A DNA stretch of 61,301 nt, the filler included, from Dugesia japonica (lineage: Eukaryota): NCBI GenBank assembly GCA_001938525.1. It is 5 parts of 5 records of this genome, joined end to end, with 100 filler letters (N's around TTAATTAATTAA, not from the genome) between each part and the next. Parts side by side here need not be neighbours in the genome. Positions count along the whole stretch, not along the records: positions 9,343 to 31,543 come from MQRL01628734.1; positions 31,644 to 40,391 come from MQRL01584472.1; 3 more parts are not named here. One strand, written 5' to 3'. A program made the translations under genes and the position numbers. Under the pieces are notes generated by a model. It had not been told where the DNA came from, made no database searches, and saw only the letters and a program-made list of their open reading frames with translations. Below are positions 27,391 through 38,600 of the stretch, piece after piece. Positions within the stretch are counted from its first letter, which is position 1, and the number at the start of each line of letters is the position of its first letter.

Positions 27391-27573
27391 TCATTCTTCT
27401 TCAATATCTACCTTAGGAAATAACGGGAACATCTCGACGAAACAAATCAGGTCCGTTTTGTCACGATGTTCGATTTTCCCCTTTGTTTAAATGTGAGCCA
27501 GCAGTTGTCTCAACCTGGCTGATCTCCTTTCTTTGCATATTAATCTTAGAGTATGGATGAATCCGGCCGTCAT
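27391..27573 (-). pseudogene. Orphan mini-gene family C, copy 3 (60 aa, one internal stop)
   Basis: MTAGFIHTLRLICKERRSARLRQLLAHI*TKGKIEHRDKTDLICFVEMFPLFPKVDIEEE; paralog of 30506-30688 and 28290-28496. Not in the ORF track. Confidence 0.7.
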
Positions 27574-27852
27574 TATCTAAACTAGGCAATTATTATAAAC
27601 AAAAATATAACATCACTCAACATGGATACTTGACTGAGTGCACTAAATTCATAAAGAAAATAAATGGATACAGAAGATCTCCATAAATCTATGCTGTAAT
27701 AATACCACGAGATTTACCCACCATCCCTTTTTCAAAAGGAGACAGAATAATAATAATTTATCAGAAGAATAAAATCGAACTATATCAACTTATTATTAAA
27801 AGACACAAAAGATCAATTCAAAAAATCGAGCAACAGTAATTAGTTTCGACCA

Positions 27853-28199
27853 TTATTGTTCAGGTTCCGTGTTGGTCGTGGGATCTAAATTTTTAGCGTT
27901 TTCCACACCCGCGGGTTCCCTAACTCCCCAAAGCAAGTTGGTAATAACAGCTTGCACTGCTGGGGGTGGAGCCAGAGGCTGATAACTGAAGAGGGTTACT
28001 TGGTTACGAACCGGGCCAGTCCAATTTTGATGATTCTGCCTTTTTCCAAAAGTTTGAATACGTGCTACCATGGCCTCTATGGCGGGTAAATTGGATCGGT
28101 CTGAAAGGATACCCGGATCTCGATGGTATGGATTGATATGGCGTCGAAAAATCATATGACGCGTTTGTCGATCGTAAACTCGTTCCCATATGACATCCA
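27853..28199 (-). CDS. Orphan mini-gene family B, copy 2 (115 aa)
   Basis: Open frame, clear paralog of 30008-30364 (IFRRH.NP.HRD.GIL.D.S.LP..E..VARIQ.F...WTGP...NLLWG.REP.G.E); start is tag|TG. Confidence 0.75.
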
Positions 28200-28289
28200 C
28201 TAAAATTATAATACAAATAGACGATAATTAAAATGTTCACACAATTAGATTTAAAATCATAAAATTTATATTTTAATTCATTTAGATTT

Positions 28290-28496
28290 TTAATGCAACA
28301 GCATATCATCCGGTAGGGTCAAGAACTTCATACTCTGGATAACCGAGGGGAACATCTCCGAGATACATTGTAAATCCTTCTCATCTGGATGTTCCATCAA
28401 CTTGGGGAATAAAAGATGACCGGTCAGTCGCCGACCGCGTATGGGTTCTCGTTTTTCTAACACACAACACAACACGGTCCGTAATTCGTTACTCAT
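28290..28496 (-). CDS. Orphan mini-gene family C, copy 2 (68 aa)
   Basis: Contains EHPDEKDLQCISEMFP; acceptor lies 7 nt upstream of the ATG. Confidence 0.7.
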   Translation of the reverse strand: MSNELRTVLCCVLEKREPIRGRRLTGHLLFPKLMEHPDEKDLQCISEMFPSVIQSMKFLTLPDDMLLH

Positions 28497-28959
28497 TCCA
28501 GCACTAATATTTAATTTATAGGTTCAAGGCCAGAACAACCGCAACCAAACAAAATATGTTTCATTATAAGGTAACCCATTTAATCGCGTTGCTGATCTAG
28601 CCATCAAGCCCAGTATTATTAAGCAACAAAATATCCATTAAAATTACAGTTGTCAATGGGGTTTGATTTTGGGTGTTCCGGTTAACCCAATATAGTTACT
28701 GTGTTGGGGTTCCACCTGAATTGGATGGTAATAAAAATGTTGCCGGGGAAAAGACAGCCCTCAGGGGAACCCGTTCAAGAATTTAACCTACCGCCACTTG
28801 GGTAGGTATTCAGTTTATGGCGGTTGACCTCTCTCTTAATGGGAGGTAGACACCCATAAACCTTTGCATTCGGGTTCAATATTTTCCCTAGTATTATCAG
28901 CAAAAGAAAGAAAATACCATATTAATTATATACATTTCTTTCATAAACCGAAGAAATAT

Positions 28960-29342
28960 TTATAACAAATCCAGCGCTCCTGGATCTAACCATTGGGCCG
29001 GATCGGTCACTGAAAAGTTAAAAGCGTGGATGTCGTCATTTTCGTCCCACTGAATCCAAGTGGGGTTGCCTATTTGGTGGGAGAGATCGGTGATGTATTG
29101 TTTAAGGAATTCGATCTTTCTCAACAGCAGCTGTGTGTTTTCGGTTTCTAGGGCCTTAGTTTGGATCGCTAAATCGTTTTCTTTTTCAACGATGAAGTCT
29201 AATTTCTTTATAAGCTTGTCCCACTGGGCAAGATGTTTTAGAAGGGCCCTGCCTGTCTTACGTTTTAGATGCCTTTCGATAAGGAGTCGTCGCATAATAC
29301 GATGGCACCGTCGAAGGCTGTTAGGAAAATTGATCCGTGGCA
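28960..29342 (-). CDS. Orphan mini-gene D (127 aa; basic N-terminus, coiled coil, acidic/Trp tail)
   Basis: Open GC-rich frame; the ATG is restored by a 46-nt GT-AG intron 29343-29388 (acgA|TG). Confidence 0.7.
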
Positions 29343-29424
29343 CTAAATTTGTAAATATTAATGAGAGAACATAATTAATTAAGGGTACTCGTATGTTAAC
29401 CCAATTTTATCAAATTAGAGTAAT

Positions 29425-29816
29425 TCAGACAGAAATAAGATTTATTAACAAAGTCTTGTATCCCGGTTTGGTTTGGGTACTTTTATTGATCATGAGTGGT
29501 TCTAAGTAAGACTTTTCTTAAAGTAGCAGGATGTCGGCAACCAACTTATTTTCACGGTCCTGGCCTGACCGGATGAGCTCGGCAAATGACTCGACCTGCT
29601 TTTTCCACACCTGTTCCTGTGAGTGGGATGCTTCAGCTTCTTTCCTATACATGATACATTTTTTCTTATAACGGGATACCTTACTGTCGGCCGCAGCTAT
29701 TTCTGCCTCCCACCGACGTTTTGCGAGTCGATATAGGTCTCAAGTGAGTTCTAGATCCTCACTTATCTCTCGGAATTTCTTTGTAGGGGCTGGTGGGTGG
29801 TTGGAAGAAGAATGCA
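29425..29816 (-). pseudogene. Orphan mini-gene family A, copy 1 (two internal stops; 3' end approximate)
   Basis: (A)TG-HSSSNHPPAPTKKFREISEDLELT*DLYRLAKRRWEAEIAAADSKVSRYKKKC...; not in the ORF track. Confidence 0.7.
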
Positions 29817-30007
29817 CTAAAAGAAAGATATTTATAAAACTCAACAATAACTTTCATCATTTCTTTTTTAAATTCTAAAAGGACACAATTGTTCAAGTGC
29901 TAGACTATCCCAATTAAACCTAAAATATCTAAAGAAATTACGCAGGACATTGAACATTTATTTTAAACAGAGATAACATGAGAAGTTCACTAGTTTAGGT
30001 GCATCAT

Positions 30008-30364
30008 TCACTGAGGAGGAGTGGATGAGTCGGGTACCGGTGCGGTGTTTTCTGAGTCTTCACGGCCTGAAGGTTCCCTTATCCCCCAAAGCAGATTGGA
30101 AATAAAAGCCTGAATTGCGGGAGCTGGGGGTGTTATCGCAGTCTGGTACTTGAACGGGGTTGCTAAAGACCGGGTCGGCCCTGTCCAAGCTCTGTATTGC
30201 TGACGCTCGCTAAAATCCTGGATCCGAGCCACAATCGACTCTACTGGAGGCAGTTTTGAGCAGTCGACCAGGATGCCCGCATCCCGGTGGTGGGGATTGA
30301 AGTGCCGTCTGAAAATTATTCGACGGGTTCGCCGGTCTACTATCCGCTCACATATGGAATCCAT
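30008..30364 (-). CDS. Orphan mini-gene family B, copy 1 (118 aa)
   Basis: MDSICERIVDRRTRRIIFRRH...; acceptor tag|GA-ATG; AATAAA downstream. Confidence 0.75.
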   Translation of the reverse strand: MDSICERIVDRRTRRIIFRRHFNPHHRDAGILVDCSKLPPVESIVARIQDFSERQQYRAWTGPTRSLATPFKYQTAITPPAPAIQAFISNLLWGIREPSGREDSENTAPVPDSSTPPQ

Positions 30365-30505
30365 TCCTAAGAATAACATAGGCCTAGTAAAATTTAAATG
30401 ATACAACCTTAAGACATATTAAATGAATTATATAAGTAGTTGACACAACATTTTATTTCAGAGGGTATTTAAATAAGCACATACCCGTATATCAAAAGAA
30501 AAGAA

Positions 30506-30688
30506 TCACTCCTCGTCTAAATCTACCTTCTCGTCCATGGGAAACATCTCCGCAAAACAGCAAAGGTCTGTTTCGTCTGGATGTTCTATTTTCNCTCTGG
30601 TTATTATATGGGCTATTAACTGTCTTTGACGAACAGCTTGTCTTTGTCGTTCTAACTGTTGCAGAACTCGACACAATTCGGCGGGCAT
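30506..30688 (-). CDS. Orphan mini-gene family C, copy 1 (60 aa)
   Basis: Contains KIEHPDETDLCCFAEMFPMDEKVDLDEE; a 35-nt GT-AG intron (30690-30724) ends 1 nt before the ATG. Confidence 0.72.
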   Translation of the reverse strand: MPAELCRVLQQLERQRQAVRQRQLIAHIITRXKIEHPDETDLCCFAEMFPMDEKVDLDEE

Positions 30689-31065
30689 ACTAAATATGAG
30701 AAAAACATAATTTTAAATCGTTACTTGCGATTTAATCCCTTAAGGGAAAAAAATAGAACCATTATTACAGTCAGATGATGTTAATGGGAACCCCTATGCT
30801 TGCCCTCTGCATAAGCTAATATAAATTCAACCCTGATTATTGAGAAACTGATCCATGTGCAACATCCTGGTAATGAAGGCACCACTATCACCTTACTATT
30901 GACACTACTCGCTATAAAAAGCATTATTGGTAATCATATCAACAATCCGAGTCATAATGTTAATGCGAATATCACTTATCAGGCAAAAGGTGATGGAGAT
31001 AATAGCAATACCGAATTGTTATATCTCTAAAGACAATTTTTCCTTTAAATAGTTTTAAATATCAT

Positions 31066-31308
31066 GTGATGGGTTATACTGAACTTAACAAATTTACTTA
31101 TACAGTTAAAATAAATAATATTACTAAATCATATATTAAAGAAATATTTTCACAAATTTTTGTCCTTGACATAAAGTTTAATGAAAATATAAACTTTATA
31201 GAAATAACTTTACCTAAAGGAGTTTACATTAATCATATTTATTTTTATCATAAAGAAAATGGAGAATATGGAGAAAATTTATCCCAGTTTAAACGAAGAA
31301 GAAGATAG
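31066..31308 (+). pseudogene. 3' fragment of the Maverick fibre-like gene (second copy)
   Basis: KFTYTVKINNITKSY...NINFIEITLPK matches the repeat unit of 47431-49745; same overlap with the next gene. Confidence 0.7.
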
Positions 31309-31543
31309 AAATTGTTTTACAATTTTAGATTTAAAAAATAAACTGTCATTATCTAGAATTAGAGATTTTGAAAATGACTTGTACTTTATAAAAGATAAAA
31401 TTAAACATTATAAGAAAATACATAAAAGATGGAATAGAATTGACTCATCTATAAAATATACACAAATAAGTGTTAGTGTTATAATTGGAATTGGAGGTAT
31501 TGTATTAATTACACCAGTTGGAATTGCACTTGCTACAATTGGT
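31259..31543 (+). CDS. Maverick 2-TM protein, second copy (truncated by contig end)
   Basis: 44/50 aa identical (TILDL...YTQI) to the 46780-47441 protein. Confidence 0.85.
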
Positions 31544-31643
31544 NNNNNNNNNNNNNNNNNNNNNNNNNNNNNNNNNNNNNNNNNNNNTTAATTAATTAAN
31601 NNNNNNNNNNNNNNNNNNNNNNNNNNNNNNNNNNNNNNNNNNN
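31544..31643. other. Artificial contig-joining spacer
   Basis: 44 N + TTAATTAATTAA + 44 N. Confidence 0.97.
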
Positions 31644-31660
31644 GGTTAGGGCAAAACTTT

Positions 31661-32025
31661 ACTAGATAAATTACCATCTAGATTTTGTGGTAATGTCTCA
31701 AACATTTACTAGAAGTATATAATAATAATCTTAATATTACAAGAAGTATATTAAAAATCATAAACATTTACTAGAAGTATGCAAAATGTTTTGAAAATTT
31801 ACTAGAAGTATATAATATTTCTTGAAAATTTACTAGAAGTTGATAAAGATTTCAAAATCCTATGTCAAACAATGGGAAAATAATTCAAATATTTACTAGA
31901 AGTATAAAAAATTTTAAAAAAATTACTAGAAGTATATAAAATTATCAAAAAGTTACTAGAAGTCACTAAATGTTTTATGAAATTTATGAGAAGTTAAGGC
32001 AATCTTTCACAAATTTACCAAAAAC
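31661..32025. repeat. 31-bp-period array with conserved core TTTACTAGAAGT
   Basis: Cores (ACTAGAAGT, at most 2 mismatches) start at 31708, 31739, 31770, 31801, 31832, 31895, 31925, 31955, 31986; intervening sequence varies. Confidence 0.85.
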
Positions 32026-32524
32026 ATGAAATATTTTTCTTATAAAATTTATACTATTTTGATTAAAAGATAAATTTTTTAAAGTCTCATACAAATGCAT
32101 AAAGAATATGCAATAACTTTAATAATTCTTATACTAATATCATATAAAAATGATGACAAAAATACATTATGTTCAATATGTTATTTAAAACTTATGCAAA
32201 TTAAGACATTTGTAAATCTGTTAAGTCATGTGTAAATTACACAAAGTCAATAACACTAATTTCATATAAATATAGTTTAAAAAAAATTGACTGATATTAA
32301 TAGTAATTATTATAATAACAATAATAATATANTAATACTATTAGGCATATTTAGAATATTGAATGTGTTTTACTGTTTCAGTTTAATTTAAAATCAGGTG
32401 TGTATTAATAATTTGGTATATAAACAAAGTACATGTAGTGTTTCGACATAATTTGAAAACGAAGAAAATAAGTAAGTGTCTTTTTTTTAGTAAAATATTG
32501 TAACATTTCTTTTAGAACAATAAA

Positions 32525-34230
32525 ATGAATACAAACAATATGAATGAAAACCTAATGCAAGGCAAAATCAATGAAGTAATTTTAATTTTATTAATTAATT
32601 CAATTTAATTAATTTTTTTAGAATGAAGAAGTTAAATGAAAATATGAAAAGGAAGATTTCTACTGAAAATTATGGAAATAATAAGAATTAACGATGATTA
32701 TATTCGTAAATCAGATTCCAGTCTTCAATTAAAGGTTAAGAATTTCGAATTGAAATCGGTCCAAATTCCATAACACGTAAAACATCAGGTTGAAGAAGTT
32801 AATAAATTCAAACATTGTAAGGTGCAATTCGGATTTCACGCAGAATTTGAAAAGAAGAATGATGATGAAGAAGAAATTAAAGAATGGTCATGGTCGTACA
32901 AGGCTATGGAATACTTAGAAGATTTTATAGATAAAATAATAGAAAAGTCAAATGTAGAAATTTCAATGTATTCAGAGCACAGTAATGGACGGAAAATTAA
33001 AAGAATATTAAAGCTACGATTTATTTTGACGAAATATGTCTCAGTAATTTATCTATCTGGTCGATCATACATTCGAGTTCTCCAGCATTACACATATCTA
33101 ATGCAATAGTAAATGTACACAATACAGACAACAGATGTCTTATATATAGCATTTTGGTGGCGCTTAAGTACGATTTAATTAAAGATCATCGAACATCATA
33201 ATAGGTTAGATCAATTACTTTTGGCTCCAGAAAATAAATGTCCACCTGGATTAAAAATTTAAGAAGTTGTAGATGACACATGAACCATAACGACATTATA
33301 TCGTATATTGGCGATTAATAGAATTATATATAAAGCTCGGGGCTCGTGTGACTGCAGTACATAGAATAATTCAGTTCAAACAAACGGAAATATTTGCCAA
33401 TTATATTAATGTAAAGTCCAAATTTGAAAAGGATTTCTACAAACTATTAAATAATGCGTTATATGGTAAGACTGTGGAGAATTTAAAGAAGCGTATGAAT
33501 CTCCAGCTATGTAAAAATGAGAAAAAATTTGTAACTTACACTAACAAAGTTACATTTAAGCAAACAATGAATATTGCAGAAGGATTCAAGGCTGTATTGT
33601 TAGAGAAAAATACCATTTCTCTAGATAGACAGAGTTATATTGGTCATATGGAGCTAGATTTGAGTAAATTGCGTATGTATACGCTCCAATATGAAGAGTT
33701 GGAAAAATATCGTCAACAATTTCTTTGTAATATTGATATTATTGTTGGAGATACGGATAGTTTTTTCTTATCATGTACCGGAGTACATATAAACCAACAC
33801 TTGTCTCAAATGAAATCGGATAGTCTGCTGGATACAAGCAATTACCCAAAGGATCATCCCCTCTATTCAAATAATATGGCCAACAGAATTAGATTGTTTA
33901 AAGATGAAGGAGAAGGTGAAGATTATACTGAATAGGTATTCCTAAGGCCAAAATATTATAGTTTGAAGAAAGAACATTCTAGTGCGATAATGAAGGCAAA
34001 AGGAATCAGTTTAAAACAAACAGATATCAATCATCAAAACTATTTAAATGCATACAATAAAGAAGAAGAACAAAACACGAAAATTATGCAGACTAGCTTT
34101 CGATCGATAAATCACCAGGTTTACACAATAGAGAGTAACAAACACGTATTGTAATGCCTGGATGATAAGCGCTTTTGGGGTGAAAAAATACTAGTATGGC
34201 CTATGGTCATTATAAAATTAATAATTAAAT
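32525..34230 (+). pseudogene. Polinton/Maverick protein-primed family B DNA polymerase, internally deleted and frameshifted
   Basis: N-terminal GRSYI...AIVNVHNTDNRCLIYSIL; KDFYKLLNNALYGKTVEN (KxxxNxxYG), GDTDSFF, LDTSNYPKDHPLYS, LFKDE, LRPKYYS, KAKGI, DDKR...AYGHY. Confidence 0.92.
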
Positions 34231-34918
34231 AATAAGTATATATTTGCTATGCTTAATGACTTTTGATTGTCAAAGTATAAGGAGCAAAAGAAGAAGAAAC
34301 AGAAGTATCTAGAAGAGTAAGAAAAAGAAGATGAAGACGAAGACGATGATTATTTGAAAATTTCTTGTTATTTTGTGTTTAAATGTCGAAAGAAATGTTA
34401 TCTATTTGTTATTTTGTGTTTATTTATTCATTATGATATGTTAATAATAAGAAAAGAAATATTTATTGTCTTTAATTTTTTAAAAGTATAATGTCTCCTT
34501 TGATTTATTCGTAATGATGTAAATAATAAGGTTAATTATAAGAAATATTTAGTCTTTTGTTTATAATAAAAAGTGTAGCAACCAAAATTGTAAATAATTA
34601 TAAAAGAAGACTAATAATGACAATAATAGTTATTATGTAGCATGGTAATTCTGTATTGTTATACTAAATGTTAAGAGTAGGATTATGCAATATGCCAAAT
34701 GACACGTTTGCTATGTGTGTATTGATTATGTAATAGATGAAATTTCATTGACAGGTGGCTTCGTGTGCACCATAATACATTTGATTTTTGTATTATGTTC
34801 TGGAAGATCTTTCGATTCTTTTAGCGGTCAAAAAATTTCAAACTTTCGGTACTTTTCACATGATCAGATCTAGTTGTTATTAATTAGCATCCCCTTTTTC
34901 AAAGGCCTTGATTTAGAT

Positions 34919-35723
34919 CAGTGTTTCCCAAAGTGGGCGATACCGCCCTATGGGGGGTGATACAAGCCTCGGGTGGATTGGGGGTGCTGAATAAAAATAA
35001 GGAAGCGGTCAAACTTTGACAAATCATCAAAGACGCCAAGTATTAAACAATGACGCCATTAGCTGATTCTTTAAAGTACGGAGACAACATATGGGACATC
35101 AAAAAAAAATAATTATAGTGTACTGAGAGTACAGATTAAATTTTTACAATTTATAATTTTGTATCGTTCAAAAATATTCGAATATCAAATAGTCAATTAA
35201 TACACAAATATATTTGAATATTCAGTTTGGAATCTCTAAGTCGCATCAAAAAATGAAAATTCTTTTCATACGCCATTGGGGGGGAGTTTAACCCCTTATG
35301 ATCCACAGGGTCAAAGTATTAATAAGGATGAAAGATTTAAAACACATTCGTGCATATTTCATTTTTTTAAAAATAATATTGTNNNNNNNNNNNNNNNNNN
35401 NNNNNNNNNNNNNNNNNNNNNNNNNNNNNNNNNNNNNNNNNNNNNNNNNNNNNNNNNNNNNNNNNNNNNNNNNNNNNNNNNNNNNNNNAATAATTCTGAT
35501 TTTCGACTTTGTTTTCTTCAGGAAAAGTCAATTCCTGACGAAGACAAAGTCGAAAATTTAATGAATTCTGAAAAACGATTAATGGTTACGTCCAACAATA
35601 ATGAAATAAAATAAAATAAAGAATAACCGCTAAAAACTAAATTTTAGGTAGAAATATAGATAAATATGCTTTTTGTTCATTTAAAAAAGGAGGCGGAAGG
35701 CCAAATAACTTTGGGAACCACTG
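34919..35723. mobile_element. hAT-type non-autonomous element with nested inserts
   Basis: TIRs CAGTGTTTCCCAAAGT / ACTTTGGGAACCACTG; perfect 8-bp TSD ATTTAGAT (34911-34918, 35724-35731). Confidence 0.92.
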
Positions 35724-37647
35724 ATTTAGATGTAAAGAATGCAGTAGAAGTAATGTTAATAAAACTACATTTACACTTTTTCATAACGACTATTTAAAAT
35801 TTGAAAACAAAAGAGCCACTCCAAATCATTTAGAAAATCGGTCATATTCATTATGCTTATATTTCGGAAGCTTAAACCGTCGTATTGAAACGTTCATTTG
35901 ATTATAGAATATCAGGTAAAAAAGAATTTCAAATATCTTTTAATTATCCGTAGCAAAATTATTTAATGTGATTTTCAAATTCGAATATTCGTAAAAGAAA
36001 TTCAGTTTCTCTTGATTTACTTAATTTTAATTAATGACTATTAAAAATTTGTCAAATAATGATTAGTTTTTAAAATTAAATTTATTGTAAAAAACAATCA
36101 CAACAATAATTTGTCTATTTAAACAAATTTATAATATGCTCAGCTCAAGGCCCTTGTTCTTTGTACATTCTGCATACTCAATCACGAAGGCTCTGCCTGT
36201 GAAACATGTCCATCATACATAGAAACACAATGATAAATTTTACATAAGCATATTTCAGATAAAATATATGAAATGAGTCACACTACACAGTACCATGTTT
36301 ATCGATGTGTAATAAGCTTAGTAATAAAAAACGCTTAAATTTAGACTGGAAAAATTAACTGAGATCTTTGGAACACTGCGAGAAGTAATTAAAACTCAGT
36401 ATGTCTGGACATTATATATATATATATATATATATATATANNNNNNNNNNNNNNNNNNNNNNNNNNNNNNNNNNNNNNNNNNNNNNNNNNATATATATAG
36501 ACAGAATTATTAGAATAAAGCTTTTATACTGCAGAAACGAACATAAAATTAAATTAGGACAAACTCTAACGTTTTATTACTACAACTTATACAATAAGCA
36601 ACATTAGGAACATTTAATTAAATTATTAAAAATTTTCAGTTAATTAATTATAGAATGGCAACCATTAGAAATATTATATTTACATAAAATTGATTAATTA
36701 TCTCACCTTAATATCTTCTATATTATTAAATGAGAATACTTTATCAGACAGCACTGAATTGATGAATATAATAAAAAACACACTCGTCATAAGAATTGCT
36801 AATTTCATAAACATTTGAAATATAAACCAAATATTAAATAAATTAGAAATGTATAAATATTGTATTTAAAATATTAAATTATCTAAGTAAATGAACAGTA
36901 GTTGTGTTATTTACAAGATAAAATTCTAAATATAGCAACCAATCAAATCATATCCATTTTTCCAGGAATTATTGTGTTTTGAGTAATTATTAGAAAAGTT
37001 GATTACGAATTGTTCTAGTTCTTTTTAGCAAATTCAATATAGTTTATTACTAAATAGTTATTAGTAATTATAAATGTTATAATAATTATAAAATTAAGTA
37101 TTATTTATTACTAAATAATTAATAATAGTTATAAATGTGAAAGTTTATTTAAATTGTTTGTCAATTGTTCGTTTTTTTTCTTGTCTGTCAGATTTAAATG
37201 ATAGTAAATACTTCTGTTTAAATTTTATTTACGCGTTTTATAACATTTACTTTGATTTATGCGAAACGGAATTATATTGTAAACTTTGTGTTTTTAAAAT
37301 TTTATAAGTAATATTATACTAATTTAAATTTTATTTAAAAAGAATAAATTGCATATTACAATCACAATCACAATGATAGGCATCTAATGTTAAGGTTGAT
37401 AAGGTGAATCAGAGATGTTAGTCAAAAATTTAAAAGAATCTTATTTAGATGCATAATTTTATTTAAAACAAAAAGAATGATCTAACTATTTTGTTTATTC
37501 AAACTAATTAAATATATTATACAAAGCCAAGTAATTTGAAATTTAACTTCAATTTTCTCATTTTACCGGCTCAACGATTCAGTGTATTAGTTTGTCTTAT
37601 CGTTACTCGGAACGATTAGATCTATAAGTGTTTAATACTGCCCTGTG

Positions 37648-38600
37648 CAGGGCCGGATTAAGATCCCCGTTGCGATTTTTATGGAAAATAAATAAAATAT
37701 ATTTGGTGACATTCAAAAGATATCCCCTACATGTTTGTAGTATATATTGACACGTAATATTTACTCATAGTGATTATATAATTTCTTCCGAAATTTCTTT
37801 CTTGCAAATTCTTAAATCAGATCTTCATAATTGGGTTTACTTTAACACATCTGCTTTTATACATAACACTTATAACCTACCCAGAATGCCTTGCTTCGTT
37901 GTTGTTCTCAGTGAATTTCTTAAATATTTAAGTCGTGACTGAACGTTTGTCGCACATTTAAATGAATCTGCTGAAATCCTATGGAAATCCTTGGTAAAAA
38001 AAATCAATCAGGATTTGACAATGTTCAGTGATGTGAATGAATCATTTGATGTTGATGTATTATGTACCATACCACATAGAAAAGAAAATTTATCTTCAAT
38101 ATTTTTTGTATATTTCCTCTTATCTTTTCATTTCAGCTAAAAGTATGTCAACTATTCGAAACGTGGTGACACGAAAATTATCTCTTGCACTTAAATATAC
38201 TTCTGTTGCATCTTCGTTATTGAATACCTTCTTTCTGATTCGTTTACGAGATGTAATGGTCTTGTAATCAGCATTGGGTAACATTTCTATGGGTAGTTGT
38301 CCATATTTTCAAATTCACCTCACAAAGTATACAGTTGCTCAGCCAATGATTCATACAAATCTGCACATGTTTTGCAGAACTTTATTTACTCTGCGAAAAT
38401 TCAGAAAAATTTCATTCCAAAAATTCAGCATAACAAATTCGAGCTCTTGCATCTTATCTCCCATAATATTTGCTTTTATTCTAGAATCTTCTTTTTGTGA
38501 CTAATTTTCAGCTATGAATTCCGATGCATCAATAATCTCACAGAAATATTTAAAAAATGCATCAGTAGCTATCAGGATTTCATTTTCTTTTCATCTTTTG
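37648..38600 (-). mobile_element. Probable hAT transposon remnant
   Basis: End-like CAGGGCCGGATTAAG plus decayed coding-like sequence on the minus strand. Confidence 0.4.

Noticed and set aside
28640-28890. A ninth mini-gene with a PAM2-like LNPNAK peptide
   Set aside because: The segment is GC-rich and has an acceptor-like TAG, but all frames are interrupted and the PAM2 Phe is missing.
26810-29816. Flatworm-type spliced leader (ending in AUG) supplying the start codons of the mini-genes
   Set aside because: AUG joined to the TG after the acceptor would be out of frame; only a donor ending in a single A restores the frame, and local A-ending cis donors exist.
31644-31651. Telomeric GGTTAGGG at contig start
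   Set aside because: Only about 1.3 units; not enough to call a telomere, though worth checking in reads.
31700-32000. CRISPR-like repeat/spacer appearance
   Set aside because: The core is only ~12 nt, spacers are ~19 nt, AT-rich and partly similar to each other, there are no cas genes and the context is eukaryotic.
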